Shown here one piece after another: positions 10,762 through 20,813 of a DNA stretch of 64,000 nucleotides (the first letter of the stretch is position 1; the number at the start of each line of letters is the position of its first letter). The stretch covers positions 1 to 64,000 of the forward strand of contig JAYZQJ010000033.1 in the NCBI GenBank assembly GCA_036149055.1, given 5' to 3'. This DNA is from Myxococcota bacterium (GTDB lineage: Bacteria; Myxococcota_A; Polyangia; Polyangiales; Sandaracinaceae). The notes under the pieces are model-generated. The model made no database searches. It saw nothing but the letters and a program-made list of their open reading frames with translations, and was not told the DNA's origin. The translations under genes and the position numbers were made by a program.

Positions 10762-12429
10762 ATGTACCAGTACGACGCGTTCGATCAGCGCATCGTCGAG
10801 GAGCGCGCCGCGCAGTTCCGCGATCAGGTCCTGCGGCGCATCGACGGTCGGCTCACCGAGGACGAGTTCAAGCCCCTGCGGCTGCAGAACGGCCTCTACA
10901 TGCAGCTGCACGCGTACATGATGCGCATCGCGGTGCCCTACGGGCTGCTGAGCTCGACGCAGGTGCGCAAGCTCGCCCACATCGCGCGCACCTACGACAA
11001 GGGCTACGCGCACCTGACGACGCGGCAGAACGTGCAGCTCAACTGGCCGAAGCTCGAGGACGTGCCGAAGATCCTCGACGAGCTGGCCGAGGTGCAGATG
11101 CACGCCATCCAGACGAGCGGCAACTGCATCCGCAACATCACCAGCGACCCGTACGCCGGCGTGGCGCAGGACGAGATCGAGGACCCGCGGCCCTACTGCG
11201 AGATCCTGCGTCAGTGGTCGACGTTCCACCCGGAGTTCGCGTTCCTGCCGCGCAAGTTCAAGTTCGCGGTGACGGGCGCCGAGACCGACCGCGCAGCCAT
11301 CGCGGTGCACGACATCGGCATCCGCGTCGTGCGGAACGAGGCCGGCGAGGTGGGCTTCGCCTACTACGTGGGCGGCGGACAGGGGCGGACGCCGCTCCTC
11401 GCCCCGTGCATCAACCCCTTCGTGAAGAGGCACGACCTCGTCAGCTACGCCGAGGCGGTCTTGCGCGTCTACAACCGGCTCGGCCGGCGCGACAACAAGT
11501 TCAAGGCGCGCATCAAGATCCTCGTGAAGCAGACCGGCGCCGAGGAGTTCGCGCGCCTGGTGGACGAGGAGCACGCGAAGATCGCCGACGGCCCGCTGAA
11601 GCTGCGCGACGAGGACATCGCGCACTTCCAGCGCTTCTTCCGCCCCCCGCCCTACGAGGTGCTGACCAACGGGGACACCACCTTCGGCGCGGCGCTGCTC
11701 GGCAAGGACCGGGACTTCGCGCGGTGGGTCGACCACAACGTCGCCGAGCACCGGGTGCCGGGCTACGCGATCGTGAACCTCTCGGTGAAGTGCCACGAGC
11801 TGCCGCCCGGCGACATCACCGACGCGCAGCTCGACCAGGTGGCGGACCTCGCCGACCGCTACGCGTTCGGGCGGGTCGTGGTCACGCACCGCCAGAACCT
11901 CGTCTTCCCCGACGTGAAGCGGAAGGACCTGCCGGCGCTGCACCGGGAGCTCGCGGCGCTCGGCTTCGCGACCCCGAACGTCGGCAAGCTCACCGACGTG
12001 GTCTGCTGCCCGGGGCTCGACTACTGCAACCTCGCGAACGCCCGCTCGATCAGCGTCGCGCAGGACCTCACCCGGCGCTTCGAGGACCTGGCGAAGGTGC
12101 ACGAGCTGGGCGACCTGCAGCTGAACATCAGCGGCTGCATCAACGCCTGCGGCCACCACCACGTCGGCCACATCGGCATCCTCGGCATCGACAAGGGTGG
12201 GGTGGAGCACTACCAGCTGATGCTCGGCGGCTCCTCGGGTGACACCGCGTCGCTCGGCAAGGTGCTCGGCCGCGCGCTGACCCACGACGAGATCGGCGAC
12301 GCGGTCGAGAAGACGGTGCTCGCCTACCTCGCGCACCGGAAGGACGAGTCGGAGAGCTTCCTCGACGCCTACCGACGCCTCGGCCCCAACCCGTTCAAGG
12401 AGGCGGTCTATGAAGCTCATCCGGCGTGA
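10762..12429 (+). CDS. cysI: Sulfite/nitrite reductase hemoprotein (CysI-like)
   Basis: RLQNGLY, TTRQN, SGNCIRN, LPRKFK, CPGLDYC and SGCINACG motifs; DUF2849/DUF934 neighbours. Confidence 0.9.
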   Translation: MYQYDAFDQRIVEERAAQFRDQVLRRIDGRLTEDEFKPLRLQNGLYMQLHAYMMRIAVPYGLLSSTQVRKLAHIARTYDKGYAHLTTRQNVQLNWPKLEDVPKILDELAEVQMHAIQTSGNCIRNITSDPYAGVAQDEIEDPRPYCEILRQWSTFHPEFAFLPRKFKFAVTGAETDRAAIAVHDIGIRVVRNEAGEVGFAYYVGGGQGRTPLLAPCINPFVKRHDLVSYAEAVLRVYNRLGRRDNKFKARIKILVKQTGAEEFARLVDEEHAKIADGPLKLRDEDIAHFQRFFRPPPYEVLTNGDTTFGAALLGKDRDFARWVDHNVAEHRVPGYAIVNLSVKCHELPPGDITDAQLDQVADLADRYAFGRVVVTHRQNLVFPDVKRKDLPALHRELAALGFATPNVGKLTDVVCCPGLDYCNLANARSISVAQDLTRRFEDLAKVHELGDLQLNISGCINACGHHHVGHIGILGIDKGGVEHYQLMLGGSSGDTASLGKVLGRALTHDEIGDAVEKTVLAYLAHRKDESESFLDAYRRLGPNPFKEAVYEAHPA

Positions 12430-12910
12430 CGCGGACGGGGCTCGGGTGGAGGACGACGGCTGGGTCGCCGTCCCCGACGAGGTCACCATCCCGGACGAAG
12501 GCGACGTGATCGTCTCGCTGGACCGCTGGCGAGAGGGCGCGGCCGCGCTGCGCGCCCGGTCCGGCCGGATCGGGCTGCGGGTCCCGGGCGATCTGCCGCC
12601 CGAGGAGCTCGCGCCGCAGCTCGACGGCGTCGCCCTCGTGGCCATCGAGCTCCCGAAATTCACCGACGGCCGCGCCTACTCCCTGGCGCGCCTGCTCCGG
12701 GACCGCTTCGCCTACGAGGGGGAGCTCCGGGCGATCGGCCACGTGCTGCGCGACCAGCTCCTCTACCTCGCGCGCTGCGGCTTCGACACCTTCGTGCTCG
12801 CCGAAGGCAAGTCGCTCGAAGACGGCGTCGCCGCCTTCGACGACTTCACGGTCGAGTACCAGCCGGCCGCCGATCACGACACGCCGATCTGGCGCCGCCG
12901 CTCTCCCTGA
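12410..12910 (+). CDS. DUF934 family protein
   Basis: FTDGRAYSLARLLR...GELRAIG...RCGFD. Confidence 0.9.
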   Translation: MKLIRRDADGARVEDDGWVAVPDEVTIPDEGDVIVSLDRWREGAAALRARSGRIGLRVPGDLPPEELAPQLDGVALVAIELPKFTDGRAYSLARLLRDRFAYEGELRAIGHVLRDQLLYLARCGFDTFVLAEGKSLEDGVAAFDDFTVEYQPAADHDTPIWRRRSP

Positions 12911-12913
12911 GCG

Positions 12914-14461
12914 TCACTCGAAGCGGGCCGGGTCCGGCTGCGGGAAGCCCATCTGCTCGGTCCAGCCGTAGCTGCCGGAGCGGCCGGCGCGGCGGAGGAT
13001 CTGGGTGCCCTGCACGCCCTCGCCCTGGGTGACCGAGAGGTAGCCGTCGGCGGTGTACTCGCCGTGGGTGTCGCCTTCGGGCGGCGTGTAGTCCTCGGGG
13101 GCCACGCCGCCGGTGCCGACGCGCCAGATCTGCTGGGTGGGCGGGTAGGTGTCGGTGACGCGGGTGCGCTCGGCCTGGTTGGCGTCGAGGTCGCGCACGA
13201 TGCGGAAGTTGGTGACCGTGAAGCCGGGCACGCCGCGCTGGCGGAGGACGCGCGCGCCGCGGGGCAGAGAGCTGTCCTCGACGTCGCGCTCGTCGTAGGG
13301 CGCGATCTCGTCGACCCGGCGCACGAAGGTGACCATGCGGCGCATCGGCGCGCCCCGGAGCTCGGCCCGGGCGACGCCGCCCTCGACGGTGAAGCCGATG
13401 GCCACCGGGGTGTCGAGGTCGTTCCGGAACCGGAAGTTGAGCTGCGGGTAGCTGACCACCGCGTCGAGGCCCATGAAGATGTAGGTGCTCGGGCGGCTGT
13501 GCGGCTGACGCTCGACGACCGGGAGGCCGGCGAAGAAGACCGCGGCGTGCAGGGTGCCGGCGACCTGGCAGGTCCCGCCGCCGACTCCGTCGACCAGCTC
13601 GCCGCCGGCGATGACCGGGGCGGGGCGGAAGCCGTTGGCCTCGCTGCGCTCACCCACCGCCTCGTTGAAGTCGAAGGTCTCGCCCGGCATCACCACGAGG
13701 CCGTCGATCTTCTCGGCGGCGACGCGGAGGTTGAAGGTGCGGTCGCGGGACTCGGCGGTGTTGGCGTAGCGGGTCTCGTAGCTCGCGAGCACGTGGCCGA
13801 GGTCGAGCCCCCCGAGGTCGTCCGCGCTGCGGTGCGCGCGCCGGATCTCCACGTCGGCCCGGGCCACCCGCTCGCCGCGCTCGAGGGCGTCGCGCATCGC
13901 GTCGAGGGTGCCGTGCACGTCGAGCAGCCGGCCGTCGCGGTGCGGCGAGACCTCGCCGGTGCGCACGTTCGCGCGCGCGTCCGAGGGGCGGCGGTCGTAG
14001 CGGTCCTTCAGGTCGGCGAGGCGCTCGAAGGTGGCGGCCTCGTCGATCCGGACGGGCAGCCGCAGCGTCAGCGGCCGGCCGCTCGCGACCGCCGCGTGGT
14101 AGCGCCGCATCGCGCTGGTGGTGTCGGTGGCCTGCCGCAGCTGCGCGGCGAGGCGCTCGACGTCCAGGGTCGCGCCGAAGCCGCGCCGCGGCCGCGTGAT
14201 CGGGTCCTCGCCCGGGACCTCGAGCGTCAGCGGCGCCGCCTCCCACTCCCGGGCCAGCGCCCGCGCGAAGGCGAGCGCGTCCTCACCCTTGTCGATCGCC
14301 GTCGCGCCGGCGCGGACCTCGACCGGCGGCGCGGCGGCGCGGGCCACCGAGGGCCCGTCGTGCTGCGCGAGCACCCAGGCGCCGAGCCCGCCCGCGGCGG
14401 CGAAGCAGGTCACCGCGCCCACGACCCGGGCGCGCTCCAGCCAGCGATGGAGTCCCTCCAT
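12914..14461 (-). CDS. VanW family protein with peptidoglycan-binding and G5-like regions
   Basis: FDFNEAVGER, GVGGGTCQVAGTL, HSRPSTY and GLDAVV motifs; N-terminal TM helix. Confidence 0.85.
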   Translation of the reverse strand: MEGLHRWLERARVVGAVTCFAAAGGLGAWVLAQHDGPSVARAAAPPVEVRAGATAIDKGEDALAFARALAREWEAAPLTLEVPGEDPITRPRRGFGATLDVERLAAQLRQATDTTSAMRRYHAAVASGRPLTLRLPVRIDEAATFERLADLKDRYDRRPSDARANVRTGEVSPHRDGRLLDVHGTLDAMRDALERGERVARADVEIRRAHRSADDLGGLDLGHVLASYETRYANTAESRDRTFNLRVAAEKIDGLVVMPGETFDFNEAVGERSEANGFRPAPVIAGGELVDGVGGGTCQVAGTLHAAVFFAGLPVVERQPHSRPSTYIFMGLDAVVSYPQLNFRFRNDLDTPVAIGFTVEGGVARAELRGAPMRRMVTFVRRVDEIAPYDERDVEDSSLPRGARVLRQRGVPGFTVTNFRIVRDLDANQAERTRVTDTYPPTQQIWRVGTGGVAPEDYTPPEGDTHGEYTADGYLSVTQGEGVQGTQILRRAGRSGSYGWTEQMGFPQPDPARFE

Positions 14462-14506
14462 GCCCCCACGGCTACCCGGGCGGCGTCACCCCGGTCAAAA
14501 AAGCCG

Positions 14507-15892
14507 CTACTTCCGGGGGCGCGGCAGGTCGTACGCGTCGAGCCGGTTGACCAGCGTGCGCCGGGAGATGCCGAGCATCTTCGCCGCCCGGGTCTGGTTG
14601 CCGCCGCACGCCTCGAGGGCCTCGACGATGCGTTGCCGGTCCAGCTCCCGCATGCGCGCCTCGAGGTGCTCCATCTTCGAGCGAGGGCGCTCGGGCGCGG
14701 GAGCGGGCGAGGAGGCCCGGCGCGCGAGGCGGGCGGGCAGGTGCTCGGGGCGGACCTCGTCGCCGTCGAGCAAGGCCACGCACTGCTCGACGACGTTGCG
14801 CAGCTCCCGCACGTTGCCCGGCCAGTCGTGCGCGGCGAGCGCGTCGAGCGCGGCCGGTGACCAGGTGGGCGCGCGCGGCCGCCGCAGCTGATGCCACGCG
14901 TGATGGGTGAAGCGCTCGGTGAGCGGCGCGATCTCCTCGACGCGCTCGCGCAGCGGAGGCACCTCGAGGGTGAGGCCGCCGACCCGGAAGTAGAGGTCTT
15001 GTCGGAAGCGCCCCGCCTCGACCTCGGCCTCCAGGTCCCGGTTGGTGGCCGACACGAAGCGCACGTCGACGTCCTTCGCCTCGCGGCCGCCCACCCGCCG
15101 CACCCGCCGGTCCTCGAGCACGCGCAGGAGCTTCACCTGCACGCTGCCCGGCAGCTCTCCGATCTCGTCGAGGAAGACCGTGCCGCCATCGGCCGCCTCG
15201 AAGAGGCCGGGCTTGTCGCCGGTGGCGCCGGTGAACGCGCCGCGCTCGTGCCCGAACAGCTCGCTCTCGAGCAGCGACTCCGCCATCGCGGCGCAGTGGA
15301 GAGGGACGAACGGGCCGTCGCGGCGAGGGGAGGCCTTGTGGATGGCGTGAGCCAGCACGTCCTTGCCCACGCCGGTCTCGCCGAGCAGCAGGATGCTGAG
15401 GTGGGTCTGGGCCGCCTTGAGCGCGCGCTCGTAGACCGCGCGCAGCCTCGTCGAGCGCACGATGGGGCGGCCCGGGCCCTCCACGTCGGGCTCCGGGGCC
15501 GGGGCGTGGGCGGCGAGGAGCTGCGCCTTGCGCTCGATGCGCGCCTCGATGGCGTCGAGCAGCTCGCGCCGCGTGAAGGGCTTGGTGACGTAGTCGTCGG
15601 CGCCCAGGCTCATGCCGGCGCGGACGTCCTCGCGCTCGGCGCGCGCGGTCAGGAAGATGAACGGCACCGCGGCGGTCTCGGGGTAGTCGCGCAGCGCGCG
15701 CAGCACGCGGTGACCGTCCATCACCGGCATCATGATGTCGCAGACGACGACGTCGGGGACGCGCGCCAGGGCGCTCGCGATGCCCGCCTTCCCGTCCGCG
15801 GCCTCGTCGACCGCGTAGCCCTCCGCGTCGAGCAGCTCGCTCACGTTCGAGCGGATCAGGGGGTCGTCCTCGATGACCAGCACGCGCTTCAT
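14507..15892 (-). CDS. Sigma54-dependent response regulator (REC-AAA+-Fis HTH)
   Basis: REC domain (IEDD, CDIMMP), [41 protein letters not shown]. Confidence 0.95.
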   Translation of the reverse strand: MKRVLVIEDDPLIRSNVSELLDAEGYAVDEAADGKAGIASALARVPDVVVCDIMMPVMDGHRVLRALRDYPETAAVPFIFLTARAEREDVRAGMSLGADDYVTKPFTRRELLDAIEARIERKAQLLAAHAPAPEPDVEGPGRPIVRSTRLRAVYERALKAAQTHLSILLLGETGVGKDVLAHAIHKASPRRDGPFVPLHCAAMAESLLESELFGHERGAFTGATGDKPGLFEAADGGTVFLDEIGELPGSVQVKLLRVLEDRRVRRVGGREAKDVDVRFVSATNRDLEAEVEAGRFRQDLYFRVGGLTLEVPPLRERVEEIAPLTERFTHHAWHQLRRPRAPTWSPAALDALAAHDWPGNVRELRNVVEQCVALLDGDEVRPEHLPARLARRASSPAPAPERPRSKMEHLEARMRELDRQRIVEALEACGGNQTRAAKMLGISRRTLVNRLDAYDLPRPRK

Positions 15893-17478
15893 GTCTCTCC
15901 CTCCACGAACGGGACGCGAACCCGGAACGTCGTGCCGCGCCCCTCCTCCGACTCCACCTCGAGCGTCCCGCGGTGCACCTCCACCGAGCGCTGCACCACC
16001 GCGAGCCCGAGGCCGGTGCCCGGGATCCGGCTCGCGTTGCTGCCCCGGTGGAAGGCCTCGAAGAGGTGGGCCCGATCCGCCTCGGGGATCCCGATGCCCC
16101 GGTCGCGCACCTCGAGGCGCACGCCCTCCGCGTCCGTCTCCACCAGCAGGTCCACCGCGCTCTCGTCCGGCGAGTACTTGAAGGCGTTGGACAGCAGGTT
16201 GGTGAGCACGTGGCGGAGGAGCTTGTCGTCGAGCCACACCCGCTCGGCCTCGGTCCCGCGTCTCGTGATCTCGAGGGCCCGCTCGGGGCCCACCACCGCG
16301 CGCACCTCCTCGACCACCGAGTCGATCAGCGCCGGCAGCGAGAGCGGGCGCGCCTTGAGCTCGAGCATGCCGCTCTCCGCGCGCCCGATGAGGAGGACGT
16401 CGTCGAGCATCCGCGACATCGCCTTGGCCGAGCCCTGGATGCGGTCGAGGTGCGTGGCCCGCTTGGCCCGATCCCAGCGCTCTCCGTAGGCCTCGAAGAG
16501 CTCGGCCGACGAGAGGATGACGCTCAGCGGCGTCCTGAACTCGTGGGACGTCATCGAGACGAAGCGGCTCTTGAGCCGCGCGAGCTCCGCCTCTCGATCG
16601 CGCTCGAGCTCGATCTCGGTCAGGGCCACCTCGAGCTTGGCCTTCGTGTCGCGCAGCGCGGCCGCCGCCTCGCTCATGCGCACGATGATGTAGCCCGCGC
16701 CGAGCGCGAGGAGCCCGAGGCCGAACGCGTAGACGAGGAGCCACCGAGCCTCCGCGCGGTCGGTCGCCGCCGCGTGCGCGACCCCGTAGACCTCCCGGAC
16801 CGCCTCGGCCCGCTGGCTCACGGGCAGGGTCATGACGCGCCCGACCGTCTGCTCGAGTCGCTCGGTGCGCTCCAGGACGAGCCGGGCGTGGGGCGCGACG
16901 AGCGCCTCGCTGGGCGGCGTCCGCGCGAGCGCGCCGCGGGCCGCGTGGACGTGGGCGTCGCTCGGGGCGACCACCGCGAGGAGCACTGCCCGGAGGAGCG
17001 CGTCGAGCTCCTCCGCCGCGCCGGGGTCGCCGGCCTGCCGGAGCGCCTCGCTCCGGCGCGCCACGTTGCGGGGGAGGGCCCGCATCGCGTTCCGCAGCAC
17101 CGCCTGGTCGCTCTTGAAGCGCTCCACGAGGGCTCGCTTCTCGTCCAGGGTCTCCCCGTAGCGCGTGACCGCGGTCATCAGGCGCGCGCGCAGCTCCGCG
17201 TCGAGGTGCGGCGGCGGCCGCTCGAGCGCGGCGCGGTTCTCGCTCGTCTCGTCCCACACCCGGACCAGATCGTCGTAGTGGGTCACCAGCCGGAGCCGGG
17301 AGCGCGCGACCTCCTCGTCCATCCGCGCGTCGAGCTCCTGCGTCCTCCGGAGCGCGCGGGCGTAGGCCTCGTGCGCGTCGAGGTCCACCTCGGCCGCCCG
17401 CGCGCTGGCCAGCGCCGCCAGCAGCGCGACGGCCGTCAGCAGCGCGGCCAGCCCCAGCGTGCGGCTCGACCGGGTCAC
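15889..17478 (-). CDS. Sensor histidine kinase with DAHL-like periplasmic domain
   Basis: HYDDLV...[12 protein letters not shown] periplasmic motif between two TMs; [27 protein letters not shown] start. Confidence 0.88.
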   Translation of the reverse strand: MTRSSRTLGLAALLTAVALLAALASARAAEVDLDAHEAYARALRRTQELDARMDEEVARSRLRLVTHYDDLVRVWDETSENRAALERPPPHLDAELRARLMTAVTRYGETLDEKRALVERFKSDQAVLRNAMRALPRNVARRSEALRQAGDPGAAEELDALLRAVLLAVVAPSDAHVHAARGALARTPPSEALVAPHARLVLERTERLEQTVGRVMTLPVSQRAEAVREVYGVAHAAATDRAEARWLLVYAFGLGLLALGAGYIIVRMSEAAAALRDTKAKLEVALTEIELERDREAELARLKSRFVSMTSHEFRTPLSVILSSAELFEAYGERWDRAKRATHLDRIQGSAKAMSRMLDDVLLIGRAESGMLELKARPLSLPALIDSVVEEVRAVVGPERALEITRRGTEAERVWLDDKLLRHVLTNLLSNAFKYSPDESAVDLLVETDAEGVRLEVRDRGIGIPEADRAHLFEAFHRGSNASRIPGTGLGLAVVQRSVEVHRGTLEVESEEGRGTTFRVRVPFVEGET

Positions 17479-18485
17479 GGCGGCTCCGGGGCGAGCGGGA
17501 CGCCCTCGTGCTCCCCGGTCAGGGTGCGGAGGAAGGCGACGATGGCCCGGACCTCGCCGTCGTCGAGCACCGCGCCGAGCTGCACCCGGCTCATGTGCCG
17601 GACCGCCGCCTCGAGCGTCGGCGCGGATCCGTCGTGGAAGTAGGGCGCGGTCACCTCCACGTTGCGCAGGCTGGGCACCCGGAACACGTGCGCGTCCTCG
17701 TCGCGGCCGGTGATCAGCATGCGGCCGTAGTCGCGCTCGGTGAGCTCGCGGTCGAACGCGTCGGCCATCACGCCGTAGCGCTGGTAGAGGTTGCCGCCGA
17801 CGTTGATGCCCTGGTGGCAGGTCGCGCAGCCCACGTCCCGGAACAGCGCGTAGCCCTCCGCTTCGAGCGCGTCGAGCTCGGCCTCGCCCCGCAGGAAGCG
17901 GTCGAAGCGGGCGTCGGGCGTGATGAGCGATCGCTGGTAGGTCGCCAGCGCGCTCTTCAGCGTCCCCTCGCTCACCCCGGGGTAGCCCGCGCTCCGGAAG
18001 GCGCCGTCGTAGGGGACGCGGAGCCGCGCGACCACGGCGTCCCAGCTGCCGGCGTCCATGACGTTTTCGTTCATCATGGGGCCGCCGAGGTGCTCCTCGA
18101 GGGTCTCGAACGGGCCCTGCCAGTTGTAGCGAAAGTTGAACGCGACGTTGAAGACGGTCGGCACGTTGTACGGGCCCGTCTCGTTCAGCGGGTGGTTGGA
18201 GCGCGCCTCGCCGGGCACCACGCCGCCCTCGTCCAGCGCGTGGCAGTCCACGCAGGCCACGTCGCCGCCGCCCGACAGCCGCGGGTCCTCGAAGAGCCGC
18301 CGCCCGAGCTCCACCCGCTCGGGGTCGAGGCCGAGGTCCTGCGGGATGGGCTCGAAGGGGTGCTCGGGAGACGCCAGCTGCCCGGGCGGGAGCCGGCGGT
18401 GCACCCGCCAGTCCTCCTCCGGCGGCGTCTGACACGCCGCCGCGAGCAGCGCGAGCGCCGCCACGAAGGACCACCCCTCCCCCAT
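17475..18485 (-). CDS. Diheme cytochrome c peroxidase/MauG family lipoprotein
   Basis: Lipobox LLAAAC; CVDCH and CATCH; NVPTVFN; FRVPSLRNV; APYFHDGS. Confidence 0.88.
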   Translation of the reverse strand: MGEGWSFVAALALLAAACQTPPEEDWRVHRRLPPGQLASPEHPFEPIPQDLGLDPERVELGRRLFEDPRLSGGGDVACVDCHALDEGGVVPGEARSNHPLNETGPYNVPTVFNVAFNFRYNWQGPFETLEEHLGGPMMNENVMDAGSWDAVVARLRVPYDGAFRSAGYPGVSEGTLKSALATYQRSLITPDARFDRFLRGEAELDALEAEGYALFRDVGCATCHQGINVGGNLYQRYGVMADAFDRELTERDYGRMLITGRDEDAHVFRVPSLRNVEVTAPYFHDGSAPTLEAAVRHMSRVQLGAVLDDGEVRAIVAFLRTLTGEHEGVPLAPEPP

Positions 18486-18564
18486 GTTTCCAGCGTACAT
18501 CAAGAAGCGTGCGAGCTGCGCAGCCCGGAGCGCGACCCGCGCATCTCCGTGCTCGCGGGGCGCA

Positions 18565-18583
18565 GATGCGCGGATTGCGCATC
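18565..18583. promoter_or_regulatory. Palindrome GATGCGC-N5-GCGCATC, candidate enhancer-binding site
   Basis: Perfect 7-bp inverted repeat about 100 bp upstream of a sigma54 motif; extra CGCATC half-sites at 18540 and 18606. Confidence 0.5.
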
Positions 18584-18683
18584 GAGGTGCGCAACGCGCC
18601 CCCCGCGCATCGCGGTGCACGAGCGGTGCGCGCGAAGCGCAGCGGGGGCCGCCGAGAGGTCGGCGCCACGGGAGAGCCCCGGG

Positions 18684-18699
18684 TGGCACGCGCGGTGCT
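18684..18699 (+). promoter_or_regulatory. Sigma54 -24/-12 promoter
   Basis: TGGCACG-CGCG-GTGCT (GG-N10-GC), about 26 bp before ATG 18725. Confidence 0.7.
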
Positions 18700-18724
18700 C
18701 GGGGTCGGGTGGGGGAGGACCGGT

Positions 18725-19033
18725 ATGAAGAACGCAATCATCGCGACCTCGTTGCTCGCGGCCGTGTTGCTCGCGGCCGTCGGCTGCGGGGCCTCGCGCA
18801 CCGTCTACGTGGTCGAGCGCCACGCGCGCGGCGGCGAGCTGCGCGTGCAGGGCGCCTACATGGAGCGGGCGGCGCAGGCGCAGATCGTCATGGCGGAGCG
18901 CTGCGGCGGGCCCTTCGGGGTCGTCGCGGAGCGCGACGGACGCACGGTCTTGTTGCGCGCGCCGGAGCCGAACCAGAGGCGCTTCCGCTTCGTCTGCGTC
19001 GATCGGGCACCCGGCCCGCTCGCGATGGAGTGA
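18725..19033 (+). CDS. Small lipoprotein of unknown function
   Basis: GGAGGA RBS; MKNAIIATSLLAAVLLAAVGC lipobox. Confidence 0.75.
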   Translation: MKNAIIATSLLAAVLLAAVGCGASRTVYVVERHARGGELRVQGAYMERAAQAQIVMAERCGGPFGVVAERDGRTVLLRAPEPNQRRFRFVCVDRAPGPLAME

Positions 19034-19050
19034 TCGGCTATCCTCCGCGC

Positions 19051-19632
19051 GTGCTCTTCCAGAAGAAGTTCTGGGCAGGCCTCGCGGACGGCTCGATCAC
19101 GCTCGCGTTCCGGCGCTGGAAGCGCCCGACGGTGAAGGCGGGCGGGACCCTCCGGAGCCCGGGCGGTCTGCTCGCCATCCACGCCGTGGAGCCCTGCGCG
19201 CTGAAGGAGATCTCCGCCGAGGACGCGTCGGCGGCGGGCTACCCGTCCAGGCGAGCGCTGCTCGACGCGCTGAAGGGGAGGGAGGGCGCGCTCTACCGCG
19301 TCCGCTTCTCCCCCGCCGGGCCCGACCCGCGGGACGCGCTCCGCCGCGACGACGCGCTCAGCGACGAGGAGTGGGCGAAGATCGACGCCGCCCTCGACCG
19401 CAGCGACTTCAGCTCGGGCTCGCCCTGGACCCGCGACGTGCTCCGGGCCATCGAGGCCGAGCCGGGGCGGCGCGCGGGGGATCTGGCGCCGCGGTTCGCG
19501 CTCCCGCTGAAGCTCTTCAAGCAGCGGGTGCGGCGGCTCAAGACGCTCGGTCTCACCGAGAGCCTGAAGGTCGGCTACCAGCTGAGCCCGCGCGGACGCG
19601 CCTACCTCGCGCGTGCTACCCATCGAGCATGA
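19051..19632 (+). CDS. ASCH-like domain plus winged-helix protein
   Basis: ITLAFRRWKRPTVKAGG N-terminus; FKQRVRRLKTLGLTESLKVGYQLSPRG C-terminus; start uncertain (19030 or 19051). Confidence 0.7.
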   Translation: MLFQKKFWAGLADGSITLAFRRWKRPTVKAGGTLRSPGGLLAIHAVEPCALKEISAEDASAAGYPSRRALLDALKGREGALYRVRFSPAGPDPRDALRRDDALSDEEWAKIDAALDRSDFSSGSPWTRDVLRAIEAEPGRRAGDLAPRFALPLKLFKQRVRRLKTLGLTESLKVGYQLSPRGRAYLARATHRA

Positions 19633-20813
19633 AGAACGCGGTCGTCGGCGTCACCGGGGGCATCGCCGCCTACAAGGCCCCGCTCCTGGTGCGGGCGCTG
19701 ATGCGCCGCGGCTACGATGTCCGGGTGGTGATGACCGAGTCCGCCGCGCGCTTCGTCGGGCCGGTCACCTTCACCGGGCTGACCGGTCGGCCGCCGGTCA
19801 CCGATCTCTGGGATCCGAGCTACGCGGGCGAGGTGCACGTGGAGCTCGCCGGCTGGGCGGACGTGATGGTCGTCGCGCCGGCCACCGCGAACGTGATCGC
19901 GCGGGCCGCGCAGGGCCTCGCCGACGACGCGCTCACCGCCACGCTGCTCTGCTGGGACGGCCCCACCGTCTACGCGCCGGCCATGCACCACCGCATGTGG
20001 GCGAACCCGGCGACCGCGCGCAACGTGGCCCACCTCGCCGAGGCGGGCGCGTCGTTCGCCGGCCCGGTCTCGGGCCCGCTCGCGAGCGGGGAGTCGGGCA
20101 TGGGGCGCATGGCCGAGCCCGAGGACATCGCCGACGTCGTCGAGGCGGCGACGGTGGCGCGCGACCTCGCGGGCCGCACGCTCCTCGTCAGCGCGGGCGG
20201 CACCCAGGAGGACCTCGACCCGGTCCGCTACCTCGGCAACCGCTCTACCGGCAAGATGGGCTACGCGCTCGCCGCCGAGGCGGCCCGTCGCGGCGCCAGC
20301 GCGCTCCTCGTCAGCGGCCCGACCGCGCTCCCCGATCCGCCCGGGGTCGACGTCATCCGGGTCCGCAGCGCGGTCGAGATGGAGGAGGCCATCGCCGCCC
20401 GGCGTGACGGCGTCGACGCGATCCTGATGGCGGCCGCGGTGGCCGACTACCGCCCGAAGGACCTCGCGGCCCACAAGCTCAAGAAGGGCGAGGGGCCGAT
20501 GACGGTCGAGCTCGTCCGCAACCCCGACATCCTCGCCGGCCTCGGCGCGTGGCGCACCGGCGCGTCGCCCGTCCTGGTCGGCTTCGCGGTCGAGACCGAG
20601 GACCTCGTCGCTCGCGCGCGCGGCAAGCTCGAGAAGAAGAAGGTCGACCTCGTCGTCGCCAACGAGGCCGCTCACTCCTTCGGCAAGGAGACCAACCGGG
20701 TGCACCTCGTCACCCGGGACGACGTCGAGTCCCTCGACGAGCTGCCCAAGCGCGAGGTCGCCCGCCGGGTCCTCGACCGCGTGGTCGCGCTGATGGCCGC
20801 GGTCAGACCATGA
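19629..20813 (+). CDS. coaBC: Phosphopantothenoylcysteine decarboxylase/synthetase
   Basis: GVTGGIAAYK, APATAN, APAMH, DPVRYLGNRSTGKMG and AAAVADY motifs. Confidence 0.95.
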   Translation: MKNAVVGVTGGIAAYKAPLLVRALMRRGYDVRVVMTESAARFVGPVTFTGLTGRPPVTDLWDPSYAGEVHVELAGWADVMVVAPATANVIARAAQGLADDALTATLLCWDGPTVYAPAMHHRMWANPATARNVAHLAEAGASFAGPVSGPLASGESGMGRMAEPEDIADVVEAATVARDLAGRTLLVSAGGTQEDLDPVRYLGNRSTGKMGYALAAEAARRGASALLVSGPTALPDPPGVDVIRVRSAVEMEEAIAARRDGVDAILMAAAVADYRPKDLAAHKLKKGEGPMTVELVRNPDILAGLGAWRTGASPVLVGFAVETEDLVARARGKLEKKKVDLVVANEAAHSFGKETNRVHLVTRDDVESLDELPKREVARRVLDRVVALMAAVRP

